Assembly: GCA_964035545.1 (NCBI GenBank)
Contig: CAXIUT010000126.1
Span: 1 to 64,000, forward strand
DNA: 64,000 bases
Direction: 5' to 3'
From: Bugula neritina
Taxonomy: Eukaryota > Animalia > Bryozoa
Shown: piece by piece, positions 20,747 through 35,700 of the stretch
How the letters are laid out: every line of letters starts with the position of its first letter
Numbering within the stretch: position 1 is the stretch's first letter
The notes under the pieces: model-generated
Told to the model about the DNA's origin: nothing
The model's input: only the letters and a program-made list of their open reading frames with translations
The model's database searches: none
Made by a program: the position numbers and the translations under genes

Positions 20747-23700
20747 CAGTATATTTCAGTATGTTGCAGTGTTTTTCAATGTGTTACAGTATATTTCATT
20801 AGTTTACCATATATTTCGGTGTGTTGCAGTATATTTCAATGTGTTGCAGTGTATTTCAGCATGTTGTAGTTTTTTGCAGTGTATTTCAGTATGTTACAGT
20901 GTATTTCAGTATGTTGCAGTATATTTCAGTATGTTACAGTGTATTTCAGTATGTTGCAGTATATTTCAGTGTGTTACAGTGTATTTCAGTATGTTGTAGT
21001 ATATTTCAGTGTGTTACAGTATACTTCAGTATGTTGCAGTATTTTTCAATGTGTTAAAGTGTATTTCAGTAGTTTACCATATATTTCAGTATGTTGCAGT
21101 ATATTTCAATGTGTTGCAGTGTATTTCAATATGTTACAGTGTATTTCAGTATGTTGCAGTATGTTGCAGTATATTTCAGTATGTTACAGTGTATTTCAGT
21201 ATGTTGCAGTGTATTTCAGTGTGTTACAGTTTACTTCAGTATGTTACAGTACATTTCCGTATATTACACTATATTTTAGCGACTTGCAGTATATTTCAAT
21301 GTGTTGCAGTGTATTTCAATATGTTACAGCATATTTCAGTATGTTGCAGTATGTTGCAGTGTAATTCAGTATATTACATTGTATTTCAGTATGTTGCAGT
21401 TTATTTCAGTATGTAGCAGGGTATTTCAGTATGTTGCAGTGCATTTCAGTATGCTACAGCATATTTCAGTATGTTGCAGTATATCGCAATGTGTCGCAGT
21501 ATATTTCAGTATGTTGCTGTATATTTCAATGTGTTACAGTGTTTTTCAGTTTATTACCATATATTTAGGTATGTTGCAGTATGTTTCAATGTGTTGCAGT
21601 GTATTTCAGTATGTTACAGTGTATTTCAGTATGTTGCAGTATGTTTCAATATGTTACAGTGTATTTCAGTATGTTGCAGTATATTTCAGTGAGTTGCAGT
21701 GTATTTCAGTGTGTTGCAGTGTATTTCAGTATTTTGCAGTATTTTTCAATGTGTTACAGTATGTTTCGGTATATTACCATATATTTAGGTATGTTGCAGT
21801 ATATTTCAATGTGTTGCAGTGTATTTCAATATGTTGTAGTATGTTGCAGTATGTTGTAGTATCTTGCGGTGTAATTCAGTGTGTTGCAGTGTATTTCAGT
21901 ATGTTGCAGTATGTTGCAGTATATTTCAGTATTTAGCAGTGTATTTCACTATTTGTCAGTATATTTCAGTATGTTACAGTGTATTTCAGTATGTTGCAGT
22001 ATGTTGCAGTATATTTCAGTATGCAGCAGTGTATTTCACTATGTTGCAGTATAATTTAGTATATTACATTGTATTTCAGTATAGTGCAGAGTATTTCGGT
22101 ATGCTACAGCATATTTCAGTATGTTGCAGTATATTGCAATGTGTCGCAGTATATTTCAGTATGTTGTTGTATATTTCAATGTGTTGCAGTATATTTCAGT
22201 ATGTAGCAGTGTATTTCAGTATGTTGCAGTATATTTCAGTGAGTTGCAGTAAATTTCAGTGTGCTACAGCATATTTCAGTGTGTTACAGTATATTGCAAT
22301 GTGTCGCAGTATATTTCAGTATGTTGCAGTAATGTTCAATGTGTTACAGTATATTTCAGTAGTTTACCATACATTTCACGACGTTGCAGTATATTTCAAT
22401 GTGTTGCAGTGTATTTCAATATGTTAAAGTGTATTTCAGTATGTTGTAGTATTTTGCGGCGTATTTCAGTATGTTGCAGTATCTTGCAGCATATTTCAGC
22501 ATGTTGCAGTTATTTTCAATGTGTTACAGTATATTTCAGTATATTACCGTATATTTAGGTATGTTGCAGTATATTTCGATGTGTTGCAGTGTATTTCAGT
22601 AGTTTACCATACATTTCGGTATGTTGCAGTATATTTCAATGTGTTGCAGTGTATATCAATATGTTACAGTGTATTTGAGCATGTTGTAGTATTTTGCAGT
22701 GTATTTCAGTATGTTGCAGTATCTTGCAGTGTATTTCAGTATGTTGCAGTATTTTTCAATGTGTTACCGTATATTTCAGTATATTACCATATATTTAGGT
22801 ATGTTGCAGTATATTTCAATGTGTTGCAGTGTATTTCAATATGTTCTAGTAATTTGCAGTGTGTTTCAGTATGTTACAGTGTATTGCAGTATGTTGCAGT
22901 ATGTTTCAATATGTTACAGTGTATTTCAGCATGTTGCAGTATATTTCAGTGATTTGCAGTGTATTTCAGTGTGCTACAGCATATTTCAGTATGTTACAGT
23001 ATATTGCAATGTGTCGCAGTGTATTTCAGTATGTTGCAGTATTTTTCAATGTGTTACAGTGTATTTCGGTATATTACCGTATATTTAGGTATGTCGCAGT
23101 ATATTTCAGTATGTTGCCGTATGTTTCAGTGTGTTGCAGTATATTTCATTTTGTTGCAGTGTATTTCAATTTGTTCCAGTGTATGTCAGTTTAATGCAGT
23201 ATGTTGCAGTGTGTTTCAGTATGTTACAGTGTATTTCAGTATGTTGCAGTATCTTGCAGTACATTTCAGTATGTTTTAGTATGTAGCAGTGTATTTCAGT
23301 ATGTTGCAGTATATTTCAGTATGTTGCAGTATATTGCAATGTGTCGCAGTATATTTCAGTATGTTGCTGTATATTTCAATGTGTTGCAGTATATTTCAGT
23401 ATGTAGCAGTGTATTTCAGTATGTTGCAGTGTGTTGCAGTGTAATTCAGTATATTACATTGTATTTCAGTGTGTTGCAGTTCATTTCAGTATGTAGCAGG
23501 GTATTTCAGTATAGTGCAGTATATTTCAGTATGCTGCAGTATATTTCAGTGTGTTACTGTTTTTTCCAGTATGTTACAACACATTTCCGTATATTACACT
23601 ATATTTCAGCGAGTTACAGTATATTTCAATGTGTTGCAGTGTATTGCAATATGTTACAGCGTATTTCGGTATGTTGCAGTGTGTTGCAGTGTAATTCAGT

Positions 23701-26700
23701 ATATTACATTGTATTTCAGTGTGTAGCAGTTCATTTCACTATGTAGCAGGGTATTTCAGTATAGTGCAGTGTATTTCAGTATGCTACAGCATATTTCAGT
23801 TTGTTGCAGTATATTGCAATGTGTCGCAGTATATTTCAGTATGTTGCTGTATATTTCAATGTGTTGCAGTATATTTCAGTATGTAGCAGTGTATTTCAGT
23901 ATGTTGCAGTATATTTCAGTGAGTTGCAGTAAATTTCAGTGTGCTACAACATATTTCAGTGTGTTACAGTATATTGCAATGTGTCGCAGTATATTTCAGT
24001 ATGTTGCAGTATTGTTCAATGCGTTACAGTATATTTCAGTAGTTTACCATACATTTCAGGACGTCGCAGTATATTTCAATGTGTTGCAGTGTATTTCAAT
24101 ATGTTACAGTGTATTTCAGTATGTTGTAGTATTTTGCGGCGTATTTCAGTATGTTGCAGTATCTTGCAGTATATTTCAGCATGTTGCAGTTATTTTCAAT
24201 GTGTTACAGTATGTTTCAGTATATTACCGTATATTTAGGTATGTTGCAGTATATTTCAATGTGTTGCAGTGTATTTCAATATGTTCTAGTGTTTTGCAGT
24301 GTATTTCAGTTTGTTACAGTGTATTTCAGTATGTTGCAGTATGTTGCTTTATGTTTCAATATGTTACAGTGTATTTCAGCATGTTGCAGTATATTTCAGT
24401 GAGTTGCAGTGTATTTCAGTGTGCTACAGCATATTTCAGTATGTTACAGTATATTGCAATGTGTCGCAGTATATTTCAGTATGTTGCTATATATTTCAAT
24501 GTGTTACAGTATATTTCAGTAGTTTACCATACATTTCGGTACGTTGCAGTATATTTCAATGTGTTGCAGTGTATTTCAATATGTTACAGTGTATTTCAGT
24601 ATGTTGTAGTATTTTGCCGCGTATTTCAGTAATTTGCAGTATCTTGCAGTGTATTTCAGTATGTTGCAGTATTTTTCAATGTGTTACCGTATATTTCAGT
24701 ATATTACCATATATTTAGGTATGTTGCAGTATATTTCAATGTGTTGCAGTGTATTTCAATATGTTACAGTGTATTTCAGCATGTTGTAGTTTTTTGCAGA
24801 ATATTTCAGTGTGTTGCAGTGTACTTCAGTATTTTGCAGTATTTTTCAATGTGTTACAGTATATTTCGGTATATTACCGCATATTTAGGTATGTTTCAGT
24901 ATATTTCAATCTGTTGCAGTGTATTTCAATATGTTGTAGTATGTTGCAGTGTATTTCAGTATGTTACAGTGTATTTCAGTATGTTGCAGTATATTTCAGT
25001 ATGTTACCGTGTATTTCAGATGTTGCAGTATATTTCAGTGTGTTACAGTGTATTTCAGTATGTTGTAGTATATTTCAGTGTGTTACAGTATATTTCAGTA
25101 TGTTGCAGTATTTTTTAATGTGTTGCAGTGTATTTCAATATGTTACAGCGTATTTCAGTATGTTGCAGTGTATTTCAGTATGTAGCAGGGTATTTCATTA
25201 TGTTGCAGTGCATTTCAGTATGCTACAGCATATTTCAGTATGTTGCAGTGTATTGCAATGTGTCGCAGTATATTTCAGTATGTTGCTGTATATTTCAATG
25301 TGTTACAGTATATTTCAGTAGTTTACCATACATTTCGGTACGTTGCAGTATATTTCAATGTGTTGCAGTGTATTTCAATATGTTACAGTTTATTTCAGTA
25401 TGTTGTAGTATTTTGCCGCGTATTTCAGTATGTTGCAGTATCTTGCAGTGTATTTCAGTATGTTGCAGTATTTTTCAATGTGTTACCGTATATTTCAGTA
25501 TATTACCATATATTTAGGTATGTTGCAGTATATTTCAATGTGTTGCAGTGTATTTCAATATGTTCTAGTAATTTGTGGTGTATTTCAGTATGTTACAGTG
25601 TATTTCAGTATTTTGCAGTATATTTCAGTGAGTTGCAGTGTATTTCAGTGTGCTACAGCATATTTCAGTATGTTGCAAAATATTGCAATGTGTCGCAGTA
25701 TGTTGCAGTTTTTTTCAATGCGTTACAGTATATTTCAGTAGTTTACCATATATTTCGGTATGTTGCAGTATATTTCAATGTGTTGCAGTGTATATCAATA
25801 TGTTACAGTGTATTTGAGCATGTTGTAGTATTTTGCAGTGTATTTCAGTATGTTACAGTGTATTTCAGTATGTTGCAGTATGTTTCAATATGTTACAGTG
25901 TATTTCAGTATTTTGCAGTATATTTCAGTGAGTTGCAGTGTATTTCAGTGTGCTACAGCATATTTCAGTATGTTACAGTATATTGCAATGTGTCGCAATG
26001 TATTTCAGTATGTTGCAGTATTTTTCAAGGTGTTACAGTATATTTCAGTAGTTTACCATATATTTCGGTATGTTGCAGTATATTTCAATGTGTTGCAGTG
26101 TATATCAATATGTTACAGTGTATTTGAGCATGTTGTAGTATTTTGCAGTGTATTTCAGTGTGTTGCAGTGTATTTCAGTATTTTGCAGTATTTTTCAATG
26201 TGTTACAGTGTATTTCGGTATATTACCGTATATTTAAGTATGTCACAGTATATTTCAGTATGTTGCCGTATGTTTCAGTGTGTTGCAGTATATTTCATTT
26301 AGTTGCAGTGTATTTCAATTTGTTCCAGTGTATGTCAGTATAATGCAGTATGTTGCAGTGTGTTTCAGTATGTTACAGTGTATTTCAGTATGTTGCAGTA
26401 TCTTGCAGTACATTTCAGTATGTTTTAGTATGTAGCAGTGTATTTCAGTATGTTGCAATATATTTCAGTATGTTGCAGTATATTTCAGTGTGTTACTGTT
26501 TTTTCCAGTATGTTACAACACATTTCCGTATATTAAACTATATTTCAGCGAGTTACAGTATATTTCAATGTGTTGCAGTGTATTGCAATATGTTACAGCG
26601 TATTTCGGTATGTTGCAGTGTGTTGCAGTGTAATTCAGTATATTACATTGTATTTCAGTGTGTTGCAGTTCATTTCAATATGTAGCAGGGTATTTCAGTA

Positions 26701-29700
26701 TAGTGCAGTGTATTTCAGTATGCTACAGCATATTTCAGTATGTTGCTGTATATTGCAATGTGTCGCAGTATATTTCAGTATGTTGCAGTACGTTGCAGTA
26801 TGTTTCAATATGTTACGGTGTATTTCAGTATGTTGCAGTATATTTCAGTGAGTTGCAGTGTATTTCAGTGTGCTACAGCATATTTCAGTATGTTACAGTA
26901 TATTGCAATGTGTCGCAGTATATTTCAGTATGTTGCAGTATTTTTCAATGTGTTACAGTATATTTCATTAGTTTACCATATATTTCGGTGTGTTGCAGTA
27001 TATTTCAATGTGTTGCAGTGTATTTCAATATGTTACAGTGTATTTCAGCATGTTGTAGTTTTTTGCAGAATATTTCAGTGTGTTGCAGTGTACTTTAGTA
27101 TTTTGCAGTATTTTTCAATGTGTTACAGTATATTTCGGTATATTACCGTATATTTAGGTATGTTTCAGTATATTTCCATCTGTTGCAGTGTATTTCAATA
27201 TGTTGTAGTATGTTGCAGTGTATTTCAGTATGTTACAGTGTATTTCAGTATGTTGCAGTATATTTCAGTATGTTACAGTGTATTTCAGTATGTTGCAGTA
27301 TATTTCAGTGTGTTACAGTGTATTTCAGTATGTTGTAGTATATTTCAGTGTGTTACAGTATATTTCAGTATGTTGCAGTATTTTTCAATGTGTTGCAGTG
27401 TATTTCAATATGTTACAGCGTATTTCAGTATGTTGCAGTGTATTTCAGTATGTAGCAGGGTATTTCAGTATGTTGCAGTGCATTTCAGTATGCTACAGCA
27501 TATTTCAGTATGTTGCAGTATATTGCAATGTGTCGCAGTATATTTCAGTATGTTGCTGTATATTTCAATGTGTTACAGTATATTTCAGTAGTTTACCATA
27601 CATTTCGGTACGTTGCAGTATATTTCAATGTGTTGCAGTGTATTTCAATATGTTACAGTGTATTTCAGTATGTTGTAGTATTTTGCCGCGTATTTCAGTA
27701 TGTTGCAGTATCTTGCAGTGTATTTCAGTATGTTGCAGTATTTTTCAATGTGTTATCGTATATTTCAGTATATTACCATATATTTAGGTATGTTGCAGTA
27801 TATTTCAATGTGTTGCAGTGTATTTCAATATGTTCTAGTAATTTGTGGTGTTTTTCAGTATGTTACAGTGTATTTCAGTATGTTGCAGTATGTTTCAATA
27901 TGTTACAGTGTATTTCAGTATTTTGCAGTATATTTCAGTGAGTTGCAGTGTATTTCAGTGTGCTACAGCATATTTCAGTATGTTGCAGTATTTTGCAATG
28001 TGTCGCAGTATGTTGCAGTATTTTTCAATGTGTTACAGTATATTTCAGTAGTTTACCATATATTTCGGTATGTTGCAGTATATTTCAATGTGTTGCAGTG
28101 TATATTAATATGTTACAGTGTATTTGAGCATGTTGTAGTATTTTACAGTGTATTTCAGTATGTTACAGTGTATTTCAGTATGTTGCAGTATGTTTCAATA
28201 TGTTACAGTGTATTTCAGTATTTTGCAGTATATTTCAGTGAGTTGCAGTGTATTTCAGTGTGCTACAGCATATTTCAGTATGTTACAGTATATTGCAATG
28301 TGTCGCAGTGTATTTCAGTATGTTGCAGTATTTTTCAAGGTGTTACAGTATATTTCAGTAGTTTACCATATATTTCGGTATGTTGCAGTATATTTCAATG
28401 TGTTGCAGTGTATATCAATATGTTACAGTGTATTTGAGCATGTTGTAGTATTTTGCAGTGTATTTCAGTGTGTTGCAGTGTATTTCAGTATTTTGCAGTA
28501 TTTTTCAATGTGTTACAGTGTATTTCGGTATATTACCGTATATTTAGGTATGTCGCAGTATATTTCAGTATGTTGCCGTATGTTTCAGTGTGTTGCAGTA
28601 TATTTCATTTAGTTGCAGTGTATTTCAATTTGTTCCAGTGTATGTCAGTATAATGCAGTATGTTGCAGTGTGTTTCAGTATGTTACAGTGTATTTCAGTA
28701 TGTTGCAGTATCTTGCAGTACATTTCAGTATGTTTTAGTATGTAGCAGTGTATTTCAGTATGTTGCAGTATATTTCAGTATGTTGCAGTATATTTCAGTG
28801 TGTTACTGTTTTTTCCAGTATGTTACAACACATTTCCGTATATTAAACTATATTTCAGCGAGATACAGTATATTTCAATGTGTTGCAGTGTATATCAATA
28901 TGTTACAGTGTATTTGAGCATGTTGTAGTATTTTGCAGTGTATTTTAATATGTTACAGTGTATTTCAGTATGTTGTAGTATTTTGCGGCGTATTTCAGTA
29001 TGTTGCAGTATCTTGCAGTATATTTCAGCATGTTGCAGTTATTTTCAATGTGTTACAGTATGTTTCAGTATATTACCGTATATTTAGGTATGTTGCAGTA
29101 TATTTCAATGTGTTGCAGTGTATTTCAATATGTTCTAGTGTTTTGCAGTGTATTTCAGTTTGTTACAGTGTATTTCAGTATGTTGCAGTATGTTGCAGTA
29201 TGTTTCAATATGTTACAGTGTATTTCAGCATGTTGCAGTATATTTCAGTGAGTTGCAGTGTATTTCAGTGTGCTACAGCATATTTCAGTATGTTACAGTA
29301 TATTGCAATGTGTCGCAGTGTATTTCAGTATGTTGCAGTATTTTTCTATGTGTTACAGTGTATTTCGGTATATTACCGTATATTTAGGTATGTCGCAGTA
29401 TATTTCAGTATGTTGCCGTATGTTTCAGTGTGTTGCAGTATATTTCATTTTGTTGCAGTGTATTTCAGTTTGTTCCAGTGTATGTCAGTTTAATGCAGTA
29501 TGTTGCAGTGTGTTTTAGTATGTTACAGTGTATTTCAGTATGTTGCAGTATCTTGCAGTACATTTCAGTATGTTTTAGTATGTAGCAGTGTATTTCAGTA
29601 TGTTGCAGTATATTTCAGTATGTTGCAGTATATTGCAATGTGTCGCAGTATATTTCAGTATGTTGCTGTATATTTCAATGTGTTGCAGTATATTTCAGTA

Positions 29701-32700
29701 TGTAGCAGTGTATTTCAGTATGTTGCAGTGTGTTGCAGTGTAATTCAGTATATTACATTGTATTTCAGTGTGTTGCAGTTCATTTCAGTATGTAGCAGGG
29801 TATTTCAGTATAGTGCAGTATATTTCAGTATGCTGCAGTATATTTCAGTGTGTTACTGTTTTTTCCAGTATGTTACAACACATTTCCGTATATTACACTC
29901 TATTTCAGCGAGTTACAGTATATTTCAATGTGTTGCAGTGTATTGCAATATGTTACAGCGTATTTCGGTATGTTGCAGTGTGTTGCAGTGTAATTCAGTA
30001 TATTACATTGTATTTCAGTGTGTAGCAGTTCATTTCAATATGTAGCAGGGTATTTCAGTATAGTGCAGTGTATTTCAGTATGCTACAGCATATTTCAGTT
30101 TGTTGCAGTATATTGCAATGTGTCGCAGTATATTTCAGTATGTTGCTGTATATTTCAATGTGTTGCAGTATATTTCAGTATGTAGCAGTGTATTTCAGTA
30201 TGTTGCAGTATATTTCAGTGAGTTGCAGTAAATTTCAGTGTGCTACAACATATTTCAGTGTGTTACAGTATATTGCAATGTGTCGCAGTATATTTCAGTA
30301 GGTTGCAGTATTTTTCAATGTGTTACAGTATATTTCATTAGTTTACCATATATTTCGGTGTGTTGCAGTATATTTCAATGTGTTGCAGTGTATTTCAATA
30401 TGTTACAGTGTATGTCAGCATGTTGTAGTTTTTTGCAGAATATTTCAGTGTGTTGCAGTGTACTTCAGTATTTTGCAGTATTTTTCAATGTGTTACAGTA
30501 TATTTCGGTATATTACCGTATATTTAGGTATGTTTCAGTATATTTCAATCGGTTGCAGTGTATGTCAATATGTTGTAGTATGTTGCAGTGTATTTCAGTA
30601 TGTTACAGTGTATTTCAGTATGTTGCAGTATATTTCAGTATGTTACAGTGTATTTCAGTATGTTGCAGTATATTTCAGTGTGTTACAGTGTATTTCAGTA
30701 TGTTGTAGTATATTTCAGTGTGTCACAGTATATTTCAGTATGTTGCAGTATTTTTCAATGTGTTGCAGTGTGTTTCAATATGTTACAGCGTATTTCAGTA
30801 TGTTGCAGTGTATTTCAGTATGTAGCAGGGTATTTCAGTATGTTGCAGTGCATTTCAGTGTGCTACAGCATATTTCAGTATGTTGCAGTATATTGCAATG
30901 TGTCGCAGTATATTTCAGTATGTTGCTGTATATTTCAATGTGTTACAGTATATTTCAGTAGTTTACCATACATTTCGGTACGTTGCAGTATATTTCAATG
31001 TGTTGCAGTGTATTTCAATATGTTACAGTGTATTTCAGTATGTTGTAGTATTTTGCCGCGTATTTCAGTAATTTGCAGTATCTTGCAGTGTATTTCAGTA
31101 TGTTGCAGTATTTTTCAATGTGTTACCGTATATTTCAGTATATTACCATATATTTAGGTATGTTGCAGTATATTTCAATGTGTTGCAGTGTCTTTCAATA
31201 TGTTCTAGTAATTTGTGGTGTATTTCAGTATGTTACAGTGTATTTCAGTATGTTCCAGTATGTTTCAATATGTTACAGTGTATTTCAGTATTTTGCAGTA
31301 TATTTCAGTGAGTTGCAGTGTATTTCAGTGTGCTACAGCATATTTCAGTATGTTGCAGTATATTGCAATGTGTCGCAGTATGTTGCAGTATTTTTCAATG
31401 TGTTACAGTATATTTCAGTAGTTTACCATATATTTCGGTATGTTGCAGTATATTTCAATGTGTTGCAGTGTATATCAATATGTTACAGTGTATTTGAGCA
31501 TGTTGTAGTATTTTGCAGTGTATTTCAGTATGTTACAGTGTATTTCAGTATGTTGCAGTATGTTTCAATATGTTACAGTGTATTTCAGTATTTTGCAGTA
31601 TATTTCAGTGAGTTGCAGTGTATTTCAGTGTGCTACAGCATATTTCAGTATGTTACAGTATATTGCAATGTGTCGCAGTGTATTTCAGTACGTTGCAGTA
31701 TTTTTCAAGGTGTTACAGTATATTTCAGTAGTTTACCATATATTTCGGTATGTTGCAGTATATTTCAATGTGTTGCAGTGTATATCAATATGTTACAGTG
31801 TATTTGAGCATGTTGTAGTATTTTGCAGTGTATTTCAGTGTGTTGCAGTGTATATCAGTATTTTGCAGTGTTTTTCAATGTGTTACAGTGTATTTCGGTA
31901 TATTACCGTATATTTAGGTATGTCGCAGTATATTTCAGTATGTTGCTGTATGTTTCAGTGTGTTGCAGTATATTTCATTTAGTTGCAGTGTATTTCAATT
32001 TGTCCCAGTGTATGTCAGTATAATGCAGTATGTTGCAGTGTGTTTCAGTATGTTACAGTGTATTTCGGTATGTTGCAGTATCTTGCAGTACATTTCAGTA
32101 TGTTTTAGTATATAGCAGTGTATTTCAGTATGTTGCAGTATATTTCAGTATGTTGCAGTATATTTCAGTGTGTTACTGTTTTTTCCAGTATGTTACAACA
32201 CATTTCCGTATATTAAACTATATTTCAGCGAGTTACAGTATATTTCAATGTGTTGCAGTGTATTGCAATATGTTACAGCGTATTTCGGTATGTTGCAGTG
32301 TGTTGCAGTGTAATTCAGTATATTACATTGTATTTCAGTGTGTTGCAGTTCATTTCAATATGTGGCAGGGTATTTCAGTATAGTGCAGTGTATTTCAGTA
32401 TGCTACAGCATGTTTCAGTATGTTGCAGTATATTTCAGTGTGTTACAGTGTATTTCAGTATGTTGTAGTATATTTCAGTGTGTTACAGTATATTTCAGTA
32501 TGTTGCAGTATTTTTCAATGTGTTGCAGTGTATTTCAATATGTTACAGCGTATTTCAGTATGTTGCAGTGTATTTCAGTATGTAGCAGGGTATTTCAGTA
32601 TGTTGCAGTGCATTTCAGTATGCTACAGCATATTTCAGTATGTTGCAGTATATTGCAATGTGTCGCAGTATATTTCAGTATGTTGCTGTATATTTCAATG

Positions 32701-35700
32701 TGTTACAGTATATTTCAGTAGTTTACCATACATTTCGGTACGTTGCAGTATATTTCAATGTGTTGCAGTGTATTTCAATATGTTACAGTGTATTTCAGTA
32801 TGTTGTAGTATTTTGCCGCGTATTTCAGTATGTTGCAGTATCTTGCAGTGTATTTCAGTATGTTGCAGTATTTTTCAATGTGTTATCGTATATTTCAGTA
32901 TATTACCATATATTTAGGTATGTTGCAGTATATTTCAATGTGGTGCAGTGTATTTCAATATGTTCTAGTAATTTGTGGTGTTTTTCAGTATGTTACAGTG
33001 TATTTCAGTATGTTGCAGTATGTTTCAATATGTTACAGTGTATTTCAGTATTTTGCAGTATATTTCAGTGAGTTGCAGTGTATTTCAGTGTGCTACAGCA
33101 TATTTCAGTATGTTGCAGTATTTTGCAATGTGTCGCAGTATGTTGCAGTATTTTTCAATGTGTTACAGTATATTTCAGTAGTTTACCATATATTTCGGTA
33201 TGTTGCAGTATATTTCAATGTGTTGCAGTGTATATTAATATGTTACAGTGTATTTGAGCATGTTGTAGTATTTTGCAGTGTATTTCAGTATGTTACAGTG
33301 TATTTCAGTATGTTGCAGTATGTTTCAATATGTTACAGTGTATTTCAGTATTTTGCAGTATATTTCAGTGAGTTGCAGTGTATTTCAGTGTGCTACAGCA
33401 TATTTCAGTATGTTACAGTATATTGCAATGTGTCGCAGTGTATTTCAGTATGTTGCAGTATTTTTCAAGGTGTTACAGTATATTTCAGTAGTTTACCATA
33501 TATTTCGGTATGTTGCAGTATATTTCAATGTGTTGCAGTGTATATCAATATGTTACAGTGTATTTGAGCATGTTGTAGTATTTTGCAGTGTATTTCAGTG
33601 TGTTGCAGTGTATTTCAGTATTTTGCAGTATTTTTCAATGTGTTACAGTGTATTTCGGTATATTACCGTATATTTAGGTATGTCGCAGTATATTTCAGTA
33701 TGTTGCCGTATGTTTCAGTGTGTTGCAGTATATTTCATTTAGTTGCAGTGTATTTCAATTTGTTCCAGTGTATGTCAGTATAATGCAGTATGTTGCAGTG
33801 TGTTTCAGTATGTTACAGTGTATTTCAGTATGTTGCAGTATCTTGCAGTACATTTCAGTATGTTTTAGTATGTAGCAGTGTATTTCAGTATGTTGCAGTA
33901 TATTTCAGTATGTTGCAGTATATTTCAGTGTGTTACTGTTTTTTCCAGTATGTTACAACACATTTCCGTATATTAAACTATATTTCAGCGAGATACAGTA
34001 TATTTCAATGTGTTGCAGTGTATATCAATATGTTACAGTGTATTTGAGCATGTTGTAGTATTTTGCAGTGTATTTTAATATGTTACAGTGTATTTCAGTA
34101 TGTTGTAGTATTTTGCGGCGTATTTCAGTATGTTGCAGTATCTTGCAGTATATTTCAGCATGTTGCAGTTATTTTCAATGTGTTACAGTATGTTTCAGTA
34201 TATTACCGTATATTTAGGTATGTTGCAGTATATTTCAATGTGTTGCAGTGTATTTCAATATGTTCTAGTGTTTTGCAGTGTATTTCAGTTTGTTACAGTG
34301 TATTTCAGTATGTTGCAGTATGTTGCAGTATGTTTCAATATGTTACAGTGTATTTCAGCATGTTGCAGTATATTTCAGTGAGTTGCAGTGTATTTCAGTG
34401 TGCTACAGCATATTTCAGTATGTTACAGTATATTGCAATGTGTCGCAGTGTATTTCAGTATGTTGCAGTATTTTTCTATGTGTTACAGTGTATTTCGGTA
34501 TATTACCGTATATTTAGGTATGTCGCAGTATATTTCAGTATGTTGCCGTATGTTTCAGTGTGTTGCAGTATATTTCATTTTGTTGCAGTGTATTTCAGTT
34601 TGTTCCAGTGTATGTCAGTTTAATGCAGTATGTTGCAGTGTGTTTTAGTATGTTACAGTGTATTTCAGTATGTTGCAGTATCTTGCAGTACATTTCAGTA
34701 TGTTTTAGTATGTAGCAGTGTATTTCAGTATGTTGCAGTATATTTCAGTATGTTGCAGTATATTGCAATGTGTCGCAGTATATTTCAGTATGTTGCTGTA
34801 TATTTCAATGTGTTGCAGTATATTTCAGTATGTAGCAGTGTATTTCAGTATGTTGCAGTGTGTTGCAGTGTAATTCAGTATATTACATTGTATTTCAGTG
34901 TGTTGCAGTTCATTTCAGTATGTAGCAGGGTATTTCAGTATAGTGCAGTATATTTCAGTATGCTGCAGTATATTTCAGTGTGTTACTGTTTTTTCCAGTA
35001 TGTTACAACACATTTCCGTATATTACACTCTATTTCAGCGAGTTACAGTATATTTCAATGTGTTGCAGTGTATTGCAATATGTTACAGCGTATTTCGGTA
35101 TGTTGCAGTGTGTTGCAGTGTAATTCAGTATATTACATTGTATTTCAGTGTGTAGCAGTTCATTTCAATATGTAGCAGGGTATTTCAGTATAGTGCAGTG
35201 TATTTCAGTATGCTACAGCATATTTCAGTTTGTTGCAGTATATTGCAATGTGTCGCAGTATATTTCAGTATGTTGCTGTATATTTCAATGTGTTGCAGTA
35301 TATTTCAGTATGTAGCAGTGTATTTCAGTATGTTGCAGTATATTTCAGTGAGTTGCAGTAAATTTCAGTGTGCTACAACATATTTCAGTGTGTTACAGTA
35401 TATTGCAATGTGTCGCAGTATATTTCAGTAGGTTGCAGTATTTTTCAATGTGTTACAGTATATTTCATTAGTTTACCATATATTTCGGTGTGTTGCAGTA
35501 TATTTCAATGTGTTGCAGTGTATTTCAATATGTTACAGTGTATGTCAGCATGTTGTAGTTTTTTGCAGAATATTTCAGTGTGTTGCAGTGTACTTCAGTA
35601 TTTTGCAGTATTTTTCAATGTGTTACAGTATATTTCGGTATATTACCGTATATTTAGGTATGTTTCAGTATATTTCAATCGGTTGCAGTGTATGTCAATA

